Below, one piece after another: positions 20,730 through 30,801 of a stretch of 64,000 nucleotides of DNA. Numbering within the stretch: the stretch's first letter is position 1; each line of letters begins with the position of its first letter. Source of the stretch: Spirochaetia bacterium (GTDB lineage: Bacteria; Spirochaetota; Spirochaetia; UBA9216). Position numbers and translations under genes: made by a program. The notes below the pieces were generated by a model. That model was not told the origin of the DNA and made no database searches. It saw only the letters and a list, made by a program, of their open reading frames with translations. Location: assembly GCA_963677925.2 (NCBI GenBank), contig CAXXYH010000003.1, forward strand, positions 1,152,001-1,216,000, read 5' to 3'.

Positions 20730-22874
20730 ATGACAGATAAAAACACGACTGATTCTCTATACAGAATAAACAGGCTCACCGGGGAATTTACAAATCGGCA
20801 GATTGAAAGCAGGTTCGCGGAAATCTCCTGGCCCGGTATTTCGAAAAAGCTTATTATTGCTTTTATACTCTGTGCTGCCAACTTTCTTATTTCCAATAAC
20901 ATCCAGGGGCCGGGAGAATTTCCGCAATACCGGACACTCATTGTCCCGATCACCAAAGCCTTTGCGGTATTCCTATTAGCTGCTGCTGTCGCTGTAAAAA
21001 AAAGCAGAAAGTATTACCTCTGGCTTCAGATTGCGGTCTCTCTATCAGAAATTTTCATCGGGATGCAGTCGGCGGCCAACCATTATTTTTTTCTTACATA
21101 CATCAACAAATTCTATGATATAGGTACATCATTTATTGTGTTCTATATTCTTATCTTCTATATAGTGGTTCCGAATAGGCTCTCAACAATCCTGATTACA
21201 AATGTCACAATTGCAGTACTGTTCACCTTTATAACGAATCTCAGCGGGCTTACATCTTTTTCAGACATTTTTTCCATATCCATGTATTTTGCAATTGCAA
21301 ATGCACTTGGCTATGTGATCACCCTATCGAATAACAGGGCAAGGCGCGAAGAATACCATCAGCGAATTCAGCTTAGAGCGGCTCAGGATGAAGCAATCGA
21401 TGCCAGAAAGATGGCCGAAGAAGCAAATTCAGCAAAGAGCCGCTTCCTTGCAATGATCAACCATGAGATGCGGACTCCACTGAATGTTGTTGTGGGCGGC
21501 ATACAGATACTCGAAAATGACGGACTGAATGCCGGTCAGCAGGACACCGTGACCATGATAAAGAATTCGGGTGAACTGCTGAAAGACCTCATAAGAAATG
21601 TGCTGGATTTTACCGATATGGAACGCAATCAGATTCAAATCAGAAGTGAAATCTTCTTACTTGATGATCTGTTAAAGGAGCTTCAAAACATTTACACCCT
21701 GATGGCCCTGGAAAACAAAATTGATTTTATTCTGATAGATGAGCTGAATGAGTTCAGGCCTGTAGAGGGTGACCCAATGCGGCTTCGTCAGATTCTTACA
21801 AATCTTTTAAACAATGCATTTAAATTTACAAGAGACGGCTCGGTCTGTCTGAAGATTGCACCTGAAGAAGCAGATGATTCACAGTTATTATCAGTCAGAT
21901 TTTCAGTTATCGATACCGGAATCGGTATCTCTGAAGACCAGTTCACAGAGATAATAAAACCTTTCACACAGGTGGAACAGACAGCCACAAGGAATTTTGA
22001 CGGCAGCGGACTGGGGCTGGCCATTTGCAGTGAACTTCTCAATGCAATGGGAAGCAGGCTTGAAATATCAAGTAAGGAAGATTCGGGCAGTACATTCAGC
22101 TTCATCCTTAGCTTTAAAATATCAAAGCTTCGAACCGGTGCAGTATCAGCTGTACCCGGAACATCCTGCAAAATTCTGCTTATTGATGATATTCCGGCTA
22201 ACTTGAAAATAGCCGGCAAACTTTTGGAGGCTCTGAATCAGAGAGTTGTATGCTGCAGCAGCGGGCAGGAAGGAATGGAATGGGTTACTAAGGAAGATTT
22301 TGATATTGTGTTTATTGATTTTCATATGCCGGAAATGGATGGCTTTGAAACACTGAAAATAATAAAGCAGAAAAAGCCTGATATAACCGCTTTCCTGATG
22401 ACTGCAGATACCAGAGAAGAAATTCAGAAACAGGGAGAAGAAGCAGGATTCTCCGGCATAATAAATAAACCGATTGATTCAGCACAATTGTATGAAGCAG
22501 TATCAGAAAGGAACCTGAATTGTAATTCAAAAAATAATAAAATCAGAATAATTTCCGGAGCCTCTAAAAGTATCAATACTGAATATCTTCTTCAGATGAA
22601 AAATGATCTGGGAGAAGAGGTTTTTGCTGATGTAATAAAATCATGTATTAAAAATCTGGAAGATACTGTAAAGCTGCTGGAAGATAAAGAATCAGGATAC
22701 GGGCCGCAGGAGCTCATTCATCAATTACTGGGTGTTGCCGGAAACTACCGTCTTAATGCTGTTGTAAAAACACTGAAGACCTTCAGGAGTGAACCTTCAG
22801 ATTTTAATCCTGAAAAGCTGACCGGTCAGCTGCGAACTGCAGTCACTGACCTCAGTGAGATGATATCCGAATAA
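20730..22874 (+). CDS. Membrane hybrid sensor histidine kinase (HisKA-HATPase-REC, possible Hpt)
   Basis: TM helices; FLAMINHEMRTPL; NLLNNAFKFT; DTGIGI; GSGLGL; DFHMPEMDG; C-terminal IHQLLGVAG. ATG 20730 preferred over TTG 20670. Confidence 0.93.
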   Translation: MTDKNTTDSLYRINRLTGEFTNRQIESRFAEISWPGISKKLIIAFILCAANFLISNNIQGPGEFPQYRTLIVPITKAFAVFLLAAAVAVKKSRKYYLWLQIAVSLSEIFIGMQSAANHYFFLTYINKFYDIGTSFIVFYILIFYIVVPNRLSTILITNVTIAVLFTFITNLSGLTSFSDIFSISMYFAIANALGYVITLSNNRARREEYHQRIQLRAAQDEAIDARKMAEEANSAKSRFLAMINHEMRTPLNVVVGGIQILENDGLNAGQQDTVTMIKNSGELLKDLIRNVLDFTDMERNQIQIRSEIFLLDDLLKELQNIYTLMALENKIDFILIDELNEFRPVEGDPMRLRQILTNLLNNAFKFTRDGSVCLKIAPEEADDSQLLSVRFSVIDTGIGISEDQFTEIIKPFTQVEQTATRNFDGSGLGLAICSELLNAMGSRLEISSKEDSGSTFSFILSFKISKLRTGAVSAVPGTSCKILLIDDIPANLKIAGKLLEALNQRVVCCSSGQEGMEWVTKEDFDIVFIDFHMPEMDGFETLKIIKQKKPDITAFLMTADTREEIQKQGEEAGFSGIINKPIDSAQLYEAVSERNLNCNSKNNKIRIISGASKSINTEYLLQMKNDLGEEVFADVIKSCIKNLEDTVKLLEDKESGYGPQELIHQLLGVAGNYRLNAVVKTLKTFRSEPSDFNPEKLTGQLRTAVTDLSEMISE

Positions 22875-22920
22875 ACCCCGGAGCCTGGCTCTCAGGATTT
22901 ATCCGATATTTCAGCTATGC

Positions 22921-24090
22921 CTATTTCTTCTTTCTGTCTTTCAGAAGCGCAGCGAATGGATTATAGGTATCAGCATCAGATTCAGGCTCCATATATTTTC
23001 TGCTTTCCTCATCGTTGAGGATTGTTGAAGCAGGCTTCAATGAAAGCCGTCTTTTACTCTTATCGATACTGTTTATAAGTACTGTAATGCTCTGTCCCGG
23101 TTTCAGTTTAGCCGCAGGTTTTCCAGATCTTGAATCACCCTCAAGTTCTGAAATGTGAATCAGTCCATCCAATCCGGGTTCAAGCGATACAAAGGCACCG
23201 AAGTTTGTTACCCGCACAACGATTCCTTCGCATTTTGCTCCTCTCTGATACCTTTCATCAACATCATCCCAGGGATCTGCCAGAAGAGCCTTCATGCTCA
23301 GGCTGATGCGCTCGGACTTCCAGTCGATACTGAGAATTGAAGCCTTAACTTCCTGGCCTGGTTTCAGTACAGCGTTAATATCCTCTACACGGTCACGGCT
23401 TATCTCTGAAACCGGCAGCAGAGCCTGAAAACCGTCAATATCAACAAAGGCTCCGAAATTCTGCAGGCGGGTTACTGTTCCGGTTACGGTCATGCCTTCT
23501 TCCAAGGTCTTTTTAAGCTCTGCAATCTGCTTTTCATGTTCAGCCTGTAGAATGGCTCTGTTTGAAACCAGAATATTACGTCCGCCCTCTTTATACTCAA
23601 TAATCTTAAAAGTAAGTGTTTTACCGATCCAGTCAGCAGCGTTTTCGATTCTCTTCATTCCCAGCTGGCTGTAGGGACAGAAAGCTCTGGAATCACCTAT
23701 AGTGATTTCAAATCCGCCCTTGATCTCCTTTTCAACCACACCTTCAACCGGTATTCCATTTTCAAAGGCGGTTTCCATTACTGCTTTTGCAGCCTTGTCA
23801 CCGCTTATTTTTGTTGTAAAATGCATCTCTCCGTTTTTTGCCGAGAGAAAAAAGACCTTTATTTTATCGCCGGTTTCAGCGGTAAGATTTCCGTCCTTAT
23901 CAATCAGTTCCGCCCGGTCCATCAGGCCTTCACTCTTGCCGTTCAGCTGAAGAAAAACTGTATCTCCGGAAATTGAAACAATCTCGGTTTCAATCTGCTC
24001 TCCGGGTCTCATTGATTTGTTTTCAGTAAAACTCTCCTCCAGCATTTGTGCAAAGTCATTTTCATAGTTTTCTGAGTCAGGTTTGTCCAT
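22921..24090 (-). CDS. Short (four S1-domain) ribosomal protein S1-like RNA-binding protein
   Basis: NFGAFVDIDG..LLPVSEIS, NFGAFVSLEPGLDGLIHISEL, RISLSMKAL. Confidence 0.9.
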   Translation of the reverse strand: MDKPDSENYENDFAQMLEESFTENKSMRPGEQIETEIVSISGDTVFLQLNGKSEGLMDRAELIDKDGNLTAETGDKIKVFFLSAKNGEMHFTTKISGDKAAKAVMETAFENGIPVEGVVEKEIKGGFEITIGDSRAFCPYSQLGMKRIENAADWIGKTLTFKIIEYKEGGRNILVSNRAILQAEHEKQIAELKKTLEEGMTVTGTVTRLQNFGAFVDIDGFQALLPVSEISRDRVEDINAVLKPGQEVKASILSIDWKSERISLSMKALLADPWDDVDERYQRGAKCEGIVVRVTNFGAFVSLEPGLDGLIHISELEGDSRSGKPAAKLKPGQSITVLINSIDKSKRRLSLKPASTILNDEESRKYMEPESDADTYNPFAALLKDRKKK

Positions 24091-24310
24091 ATTTGTTATT
24101 TACTCCATTTTCAGCGCTATTATACATAATAATAAAATATTTTTAAATCCTCTGCGGTGCCAAGTATCCATATCGGGCTTGAACATCTTTGCATATTCGC
24201 CTATAGTGTCACCTTCATAGCCGTGATACAGCCAAGGTTTATTCACGGTCCTTTCTTTTCCATGTTGTCCGGCGGGTAGAGATTGATAAAAAACCCGGAC
24301 CAGGAAATAA

Positions 24311-25708
24311 ATGAATAACAATAATTCTCACACAAAAACAAACAATCTGCAGGGTGTTTTCAATCTGCTGCGCCCCGAAATACAGAAGGCTGTAGCCCTT
24401 AAGGGTTATACTGAACCCTCCCCGATACAGGAACAGGCAATTCCGCATCTTCTTAAAGGATGTGATCTGCTTGGCAGCGCACAGACCGGAACAGGTAAAA
24501 CAGCGGCATTTTCGCTTCCCCTGCTTCAGAAACTTTCACAGAACAGCATACGGCCGCAGAAGGGCACTCCGAAGGCTCTTATTCTTGCTCCGACACGGGA
24601 ACTTGCAGCCCAGATTGGTGATAACATAAAATCATACAGCCGATTTCTGAGAGTGAGCCACGCCGTAATTTTCGGCGGAGTGAGTCAGCATCACCAGATA
24701 AAAGCCCTTAACCGAGGGGTTGATATCCTTGTGGCAACACCCGGAAGACTTCTTGATCTGATGAACCAGGGGTTTATTCATCTGGAGAATATTGAGGTCT
24801 TCATCCTCGATGAGGTTGACCGGATGCTCGATATGGGCTTCATCCATGACATAAAAAAGATTATTGCAGTGATACCTGAAGAACGTCAGACGTTGTTTTT
24901 CTCGGCTACGATGCCTCCCAAGATTATGATACTTGCAGAAACACTTGTAAAGAATCCGGTAATGATAGAAATCACACCGGAACAGCCGGCTGTCGAACGG
25001 ATAGATCAGAGAGTTCTGTTTGTTGATGAAAAGGATAAGGATGATCTGCTGAGGCTTGTCCTCAAAGACAGTGAAATAAGCAAGGCAATAATCTTCACCC
25101 AGATGAAACATGTAGCAAACCGGGTTGTTGATAAGCTGGCATCCGCCGGTATCGACAGTGCAGCAATTCACGGAAATAAAAGCCAGGCAGCCAGGGTAAA
25201 AGCTCTGGATGGTTTTAAGAAAGGTCAGATCTCTGTGCTTGTAGCCACCGATGTAGCAGCACGCGGGATTGATGTAGAAAACATAAGCCATGTTATAAAT
25301 TATGATATGCCGATGGAAGCTGAAACCTATGTGCACCGCATCGGCCGTACAGCAAGGGCCGGAGCCGACGGAATCTCAATATCGTTCTGCTGTGCCGAAG
25401 ACCGGGCCTACCTGAGGGCAATTGATAAACTGCTTGATGTTCCGGTTCCGGCCGACATCAACCATCAGTATCATTCCGATACAGCACAGAACTCAACCCT
25501 TCCCGCTCCAAAAAACTTCGGAAGAGGCAGAGCCGACCGCAGACCGGGCGGCCAGGGAGCACAGGGTCAGAGAAGGCCCGGCGGGCAGCCGGGTAAAAAC
25601 AGCCGGAATGCCTCAGGAAGAAATTATTCAGGCAGCAGAAACGGAAACCGTCCTTCCGGGAATTCCAACCGTTCAGGCAACCGAAGCCGAAACCGGAATC
25701 AGGCTTAG
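24311..25708 (+). CDS. DEAD-box RNA helicase (RhlE-like)
   Basis: Q motif, AQTGTGKT, PTRELA, DEVD, SAT, HRIGRTARAG; basic Arg/Gly/Asn tail. Confidence 0.95.
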   Translation: MNNNNSHTKTNNLQGVFNLLRPEIQKAVALKGYTEPSPIQEQAIPHLLKGCDLLGSAQTGTGKTAAFSLPLLQKLSQNSIRPQKGTPKALILAPTRELAAQIGDNIKSYSRFLRVSHAVIFGGVSQHHQIKALNRGVDILVATPGRLLDLMNQGFIHLENIEVFILDEVDRMLDMGFIHDIKKIIAVIPEERQTLFFSATMPPKIMILAETLVKNPVMIEITPEQPAVERIDQRVLFVDEKDKDDLLRLVLKDSEISKAIIFTQMKHVANRVVDKLASAGIDSAAIHGNKSQAARVKALDGFKKGQISVLVATDVAARGIDVENISHVINYDMPMEAETYVHRIGRTARAGADGISISFCCAEDRAYLRAIDKLLDVPVPADINHQYHSDTAQNSTLPAPKNFGRGRADRRPGGQGAQGQRRPGGQPGKNSRNASGRNYSGSRNGNRPSGNSNRSGNRSRNRNQA

Positions 25709-26499
25709 TCAGCTGAGGGCGGGTCTTTTTCACGGCCTGCCTGCACCAGCCATACGGCGGGGATAATAAAGAACGCGGCCATAACAGTTACCACAATTAT
25801 ACCGGAAATGTCAGCAGGGCCGCAGGAAACAAGCGGATTAAAAACCATAAAAATAATCAGTGTAACAAAAAGAAGGACAGCCTGAATAAATACCGGCAGC
25901 AGCATTTTATTTGATGACTGCCTGTTTCTGAAACAGACTGTGCCTGCAGCAAGCCAGATAAGTGAAATAACAACATCTGCAATACTTACCGCTGTTTCAG
26001 AGAGCAGTTCCCCGCCGGAAGCCCAGGCTGCAATTATTACAACGCCCCGGCCTATGAAGATAAAAGAGAAAACTATCAACACCATTGCCGAAAAAACCAT
26101 TTTAAACTTATTCCATGAAAACGGCTTAATCCTGCAGACAGCCGGTATAGCAGTATTATCAAATTTAACCAGCAATACCGAGACTACAGCTATACAGATG
26201 ATAGACGCACCTGTTGTGAACATAGTCCTTATCAGGAATAAAACCGGAATAGTATTATAAAGAATAAAAAGCAGCATTCCTGCCTGAAGCTCTATGTTTC
26301 GTCTGACGAAGCGGCAGATTAGACGAAGGATCAGATAAATTAAAATCAGAACTGCATTTATAATACCGGTTAAATACAGGCTGCGGAATGCGTCTTCACT
26401 GATGAAAGTCTTTTCCGGAAGCAGTATAGAAGTTACTGTCAGGGAGAGAAACAGCAGAGTTACAATAAGTTCCAAAGCCGACCAATTTTTTACTTTCAT
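25705..26499 (-). CDS. Hypothetical multi-pass membrane protein
   Basis: 264-aa hydrophobic ORF downstream of TetR, same strand. Confidence 0.7.
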   Translation of the reverse strand: MKVKNWSALELIVTLLFLSLTVTSILLPEKTFISEDAFRSLYLTGIINAVLILIYLILRLICRFVRRNIELQAGMLLFILYNTIPVLFLIRTMFTTGASIICIAVVSVLLVKFDNTAIPAVCRIKPFSWNKFKMVFSAMVLIVFSFIFIGRGVVIIAAWASGGELLSETAVSIADVVISLIWLAAGTVCFRNRQSSNKMLLPVFIQAVLLFVTLIIFMVFNPLVSCGPADISGIIVVTVMAAFFIIPAVWLVQAGREKDPPSAD

Positions 26500-26541
26500 A
26501 AGTACAGCTTATCATAGATTACTTTTAAGCTGTATTAAAAT

Positions 26542-27144
26542 TCAATCAGCTTTCAGTCCGTGCTTCATGAACTCTACAAAATCTTTCAGAAAATCAATTG
26601 ACTGCTTCAGTCCGTGTTCTTCATCTCTGAAAAATATGTCATCAAAGGATGCAAACAATGAACTCATAACCTTTTGTATAAATTCCGGTGAGAAGTTTTT
26701 TCTGAAACAGCCTGATTCATAATATTGTGCAATAAGAGAACTCAGTCCGGATTCTTCTGCAGCATCGAGATCTTTTAAAACCTGATTATAAAGCTCAGTC
26801 CCCTTCTCTCTTGAAAGCATTATTCCCAGTTTATGATATCCCGGATGAACTGCAGCAAATCGGACACCGCTTTCCGCCTGTTTCAGAAAAAGCTCAAATA
26901 TGTCCCGGGCCGTGGAATCATCACCGGTTTCAGCTTTTATGAATTTCCACTTTTGAGAACTTGCCTCCCTCAAAAGAAACAGGTACAGCTCATACTTATT
27001 CTGAAACCGGTAGTAGAAGGAGCCCTTTGCTATACCTGCATTTGAAATTATCCTGTTCACTGAAGCTTCTTCATAGCTGTGCCCTGTAAACTCTTTAAGC
27101 GCCTCTTCCAGGAGCCTGTTTTCATCAATTTCCTTTCTGGCCAC
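26542..27144 (-). CDS. TetR/AcrR-family transcriptional regulator
   Basis: ASVNRIISNAGIAKGSFYYRFQNKYEL HTH. Confidence 0.92.
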   Translation of the reverse strand: MARKEIDENRLLEEALKEFTGHSYEEASVNRIISNAGIAKGSFYYRFQNKYELYLFLLREASSQKWKFIKAETGDDSTARDIFELFLKQAESGVRFAAVHPGYHKLGIMLSREKGTELYNQVLKDLDAAEESGLSSLIAQYYESGCFRKNFSPEFIQKVMSSLFASFDDIFFRDEEHGLKQSIDFLKDFVEFMKHGLKAD

Positions 27145-28023
27145 TCATACCTCTCCAAGTTCCGGAATATATTTTTTAGTGAGAGTCATGACATCATCAA
27201 TATTCCGTCTGCTCCTGCTGTATCCTGATGAAGAAACTTCTTTACAGTTTTCATCAAAATATTTTCCCGTTTTGCTGCGGTACTGCTCAGAAACTGCAAG
27301 TTCGGTATAGGTTTCAGCCATCTTCCCGGGGCTGATAGATTTTCTGGCTTTGGCTGCATACACCTTTTTCATGAACTCCGACAGCTCCGGATGCCGGGAT
27401 ATATCTACCTTTACCGCCGTTACACGTATACAGTTGACTGTTACATTCGAATTCTCAAGCCTTTCCGCCAGACGATAGGTGTACATAAGCTGTGCAAGCT
27501 TGGACTGGTAATAGGCATTTACGATACTGAATTTTCTGCTTTTAAACTCCGGGTCTGCTGTATCAACTTTCATGAAAGGCTTTGCAAGTAGTCCCTTTGA
27601 TGAAACCGTCAGGACCCTGCCGTTTTCACTTTTTTTAAGCTTATCAAGCAGTAATTCAGTAAGAAGAACCGGGCCCAGATGGTTTGTAGCCCAGACGGTT
27701 TCAAGACCTTCAGAGTTTTCCTTCCGCTCCTTTTGTGTAACATTAAATACCGCAGCATTATGAATGATCACATCAAGCTTTTCAAACCGGCTGGAAAAAT
27801 CAGCTGCAAACGATTTGATTGATTTAAAGCTGCCCATATCAACTACGGCTAGTTCCGCGGAAAGCTCACGCCCCGATTCCATCAGCTCCCGCAGAGCCGC
27901 CTCTCCCCGTTCACGGCTTCGGCAGGCAAGAATTACATGCATGTTCTTCTGTGCTATCTGAAAAGCCGCCTGCCTGCCAATTCCGGCGTTGGCTCCTGTG
28001 ATTATGCAAATTTTCTTTTCCAT
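27145..28023 (-). CDS. SDR-family oxidoreductase (retinol-dehydrogenase-like)
   Basis: TGANAGIG, HNAA, TNHLG, YYQSK; GGAGG RBS. Confidence 0.92.
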   Translation of the reverse strand: MEKKICIITGANAGIGRQAAFQIAQKNMHVILACRSRERGEAALRELMESGRELSAELAVVDMGSFKSIKSFAADFSSRFEKLDVIIHNAAVFNVTQKERKENSEGLETVWATNHLGPVLLTELLLDKLKKSENGRVLTVSSKGLLAKPFMKVDTADPEFKSRKFSIVNAYYQSKLAQLMYTYRLAERLENSNVTVNCIRVTAVKVDISRHPELSEFMKKVYAAKARKSISPGKMAETYTELAVSEQYRSKTGKYFDENCKEVSSSGYSRSRRNIDDVMTLTKKYIPELGEV

Positions 28024-28038
28024 CAACTAAGCCTCCTA

Positions 28039-28072
28039 ATTAGACCTTCTAGTCTAGACTTATTGGTCTAAT
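28039..28072. promoter_or_regulatory. Double TetR-type operator upstream of the SDR-TetR operon
   Basis: ATTAGACC-ttct-AGTCTAGACT-tatt-GGTCTAAT, palindromic except the two 4-nt spacers. Confidence 0.75.
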
Positions 28073-28122
28073 GTAATACAGCATTACCACTTTGTCAATT
28101 TTTAAAGGGGATTTCTCTTAAA

Positions 28123-28857
28123 TTACGACCATAGAGAGGGAATAAATGGATTTGGAGGTCTGTTTCCCGACGAACCGCTCAGATTATGAGCACCAATCTG
28201 CACTGCAGCAGCATTCTTCCATTCTGAGACTTCCTGTTCGTTCAGATTGATATACTCAAGCCTTGTCTTATAATGAACATCGGAGCAGCCGCCGGCTTCA
28301 TCCCATGCAGAATAAAACGGTTTACAGCTCCGGCGGGCAAGTTCACCCATATGCTTTCTGTTAATGATAAACCAGTTCTGCTCTGTAATACAGGCATAGG
28401 ACCATAAGTCTTTGGTGGACCCACCGCATGATACTGAATGGATGTAAGCCATACGGCCGGCTTCAGCATCACCCCAGCCCTTTAGAATAAACTGCAGCGG
28501 AATGCAGAAACGCCAGGTTATGCCTTCAGGGAACCTGAATAACATCTGAAACTCGGCATTTCCGGCCTTTGCCCCCTTGATACCCTGGAACTTTACAGCC
28601 CGGGTTTCAACATTATAGTCCATTAAAACATTTATGGGCGAATTGCCGAGTCTTCTGAAACAGCTTACCCGGTTATTCATCCGTTCATTGGCTGCAATCA
28701 GAAGATCAACAGATCCGTTTTTATTACTATCACCGCTGTTAGCATGTTTCTCCAGATACTCATCCAGCATACGAAGAACCTGAATGGTGGGAATTAAAGG
28801 AAGAAGGGAGTTGCAGTTTCGACTGTCTAAAAATTTGAATTTCATAATTATTTTCAA
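28123..28857 (-). CDS. Hypothetical protein, C-terminal half resembling a degenerate GIY-YIG fold
   Basis: 244-aa ORF (ATG alternative 28845); MAYIH...YACIT..NW....KH...FYSAW pattern. Confidence 0.55.
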   Translation of the reverse strand: MKIIMKFKFLDSRNCNSLLPLIPTIQVLRMLDEYLEKHANSGDSNKNGSVDLLIAANERMNNRVSCFRRLGNSPINVLMDYNVETRAVKFQGIKGAKAGNAEFQMLFRFPEGITWRFCIPLQFILKGWGDAEAGRMAYIHSVSCGGSTKDLWSYACITEQNWFIINRKHMGELARRSCKPFYSAWDEAGGCSDVHYKTRLEYINLNEQEVSEWKNAAAVQIGAHNLSGSSGNRPPNPFIPSLWS

Positions 28858-28990
28858 GTATATCCCTTTAACAAAAAAAAATTATGTTTAAAAATATTAA
28901 TTTCAAATTTCAGTATCGTTAACGGAATTATTTACGTATAATCCAATAATTCAAAACATATACTTAAAAAATAATTGGAGGTATGTCAAT

Positions 28991-29674
28991 TTGACACAAA
29001 AAAATGCACTTAAAGGAGATATTCTCTGGGGATTTATTATTATTCTCTGGAGCGTCATGCTCGCAATTCCTGTAAGCCGAGAGACATTTATAAACTTAAC
29101 GTCAGCCCATCCTTATCTGGGAGGGTTCTTTAAATTCTTCATCCTGGCGACAATGGGCGATATGCTCGGAGGCAGAATGATCACCGGACAGTGGAAATGG
29201 GCCCAGGGCTTTGTTTACAAGGCTGTTCTCTGGGGGCTTCTTGGTATGGCTATTACCCTGGTTTTCACTGTTTTCTTTTCAGGTGCAGGAACAGCACAGC
29301 TCACAGGCAAGCTGCCCTTAGCCGGTAATAAAATTATTCATGCTTTCTTCGCAAGTCTGATAATGAATACATCATGGGGTCCAATGCTATACATCTATCA
29401 TAAGTTCGGTGATCTCTTCATCGATTCAAAGTATGAACATCCAAAGCAGAAAACCACTGTAACAGAACTTGTCGGTAAGGTGGACTGGAACGGCATGGTC
29501 AGCTTTTCATGGCTTAAAACATGCGGCTTTGTGTGGATTCCTGGCCATACAATAGCCTTCCTGCTTCCGGAGGAATACAGGGTTCTATGCTCAGCCTTTT
29601 TATCAATACTTCTGGGAATAATTGTTGCATTTTCAAAAAAGGGTGCAATAGAACCTGCAGAGGTTGATGCTTAA
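28991..29674 (+). CDS. Membrane protein, Mpv17/PMP22-like
   Basis: GGAGG RBS; KFFILATMGD; VWIPGHTIAFLLPEEYRV. Confidence 0.7.
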   Translation: MTQKNALKGDILWGFIIILWSVMLAIPVSRETFINLTSAHPYLGGFFKFFILATMGDMLGGRMITGQWKWAQGFVYKAVLWGLLGMAITLVFTVFFSGAGTAQLTGKLPLAGNKIIHAFFASLIMNTSWGPMLYIYHKFGDLFIDSKYEHPKQKTTVTELVGKVDWNGMVSFSWLKTCGFVWIPGHTIAFLLPEEYRVLCSAFLSILLGIIVAFSKKGAIEPAEVDA

Positions 29675-29691
29675 AGACCTCTATAATTAAT

Positions 29692-29730
29692 AAACCGGCT
29701 GCCTGTTCGATGTATCACGGCAGCCGGTTT
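29692..29730. terminator. Probable bidirectional terminator between convergent genes
   Basis: aaaccggctgcc ... ggcagccggttt 12-bp stem. Confidence 0.7.
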
Positions 29731-30713
29731 CAAATGTTGAAACCTGAATTAATAAGAAATGCCTTTAACCTGTCCCTGTACTCAGTATTTGCAAGCTCCC
29801 AGGCCCTGGCATGTTCGGCACCCTCTGCAATAAAGAGCTCTTTTTCACAGCTGCAGGCATCATACAGACGATAAACCATTTCAGTGGGCACAAAGGTGTC
29901 CGCCCCCCCGTGAATGAAAAACAGCGGAACCGATGCCTCTGCAACCTGAATGAGAGCAGAAGCTTCTTCAAAACTGTAGCCGGCTTTTTTCTTTGTATAT
30001 CTGCTGGTTCTTTTGACAAGTCCGGGATTATCAATATTTCTGAAATGCTTAAGCTGGTAAGTCAGTTCATCCTGAACACTGGTGTAGCCGCAGTCTTCAA
30101 CAATACAGACTACAGTATCCGGAAGCTGTTCGCCGCTGCTCATCATAACAGTTGCACCGCCCATGGATATTCCATGAAGAACAATAGAACTGTCGTCGCC
30201 GGTAAGCTTTGAAACCTCATCAGCCCAGTCTATAATATCAAAACGCTCATGCCAGCCGAATCCTATATAGTCACCGCCGGAGGCTCCGTGGCCCCTGGCA
30301 TCCACGGCAAGAACATTAAAACCGAGCTCATTAAAATAGTACCGTGCAAAGCTGCTCATTGAAAAAGCATCCATCGAATATCCGTGAACAAGAATTACTG
30401 TATTTTTCGTGAGTTTTCTGTCATCGGAAAGATACGGCAGCCAGTAGCCTGCAAGTTTTAGACCGTCACCTGAGATAATCTCTATATTTACGTAAGGCAT
30501 ATCGCCGAACCAGTTACGGTCAGTGCTGAATATGGATTCACCGGCTTCTTCCTCATCAGCACTCCCGTTGCTGTCGGAAGCCGGGGCAACGACAGTGCTT
30601 TTATCATTACGCTTAACTGCCACAGAATAGTAGAACCTTGCGCATGAGCTCAGTTCTGCGGTCAGAGTAAAAATTATCAATATAATCAGGAAAGAATTTT
30701 TAATACTTTTCAT
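29730..30713 (-). CDS. Exported alpha/beta hydrolase
   Basis: VHGY, DARGHGAS, GISMG, IHGGADTFVP, GAEH; N-terminal signal. Confidence 0.9.
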   Translation of the reverse strand: MKSIKNSFLIILIIFTLTAELSSCARFYYSVAVKRNDKSTVVAPASDSNGSADEEEAGESIFSTDRNWFGDMPYVNIEIISGDGLKLAGYWLPYLSDDRKLTKNTVILVHGYSMDAFSMSSFARYYFNELGFNVLAVDARGHGASGGDYIGFGWHERFDIIDWADEVSKLTGDDSSIVLHGISMGGATVMMSSGEQLPDTVVCIVEDCGYTSVQDELTYQLKHFRNIDNPGLVKRTSRYTKKKAGYSFEEASALIQVAEASVPLFFIHGGADTFVPTEMVYRLYDACSCEKELFIAEGAEHARAWELANTEYRDRLKAFLINSGFNI

Positions 30714-30801
30714 AATTTGTTTATACCACCCTGCTCAGATTAATAATTCAGGATTATTTAATCAACAGGTATAAATGAACCGTCCAGCAGTTCGGTGTGA
30801 A

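Noticed and set aside
25520-25705. Repetitive GC-rich tail of the helicase gene
   Set aside because: Ordinary low-complexity Arg/Gly/Asn tail of DEAD-box proteins.
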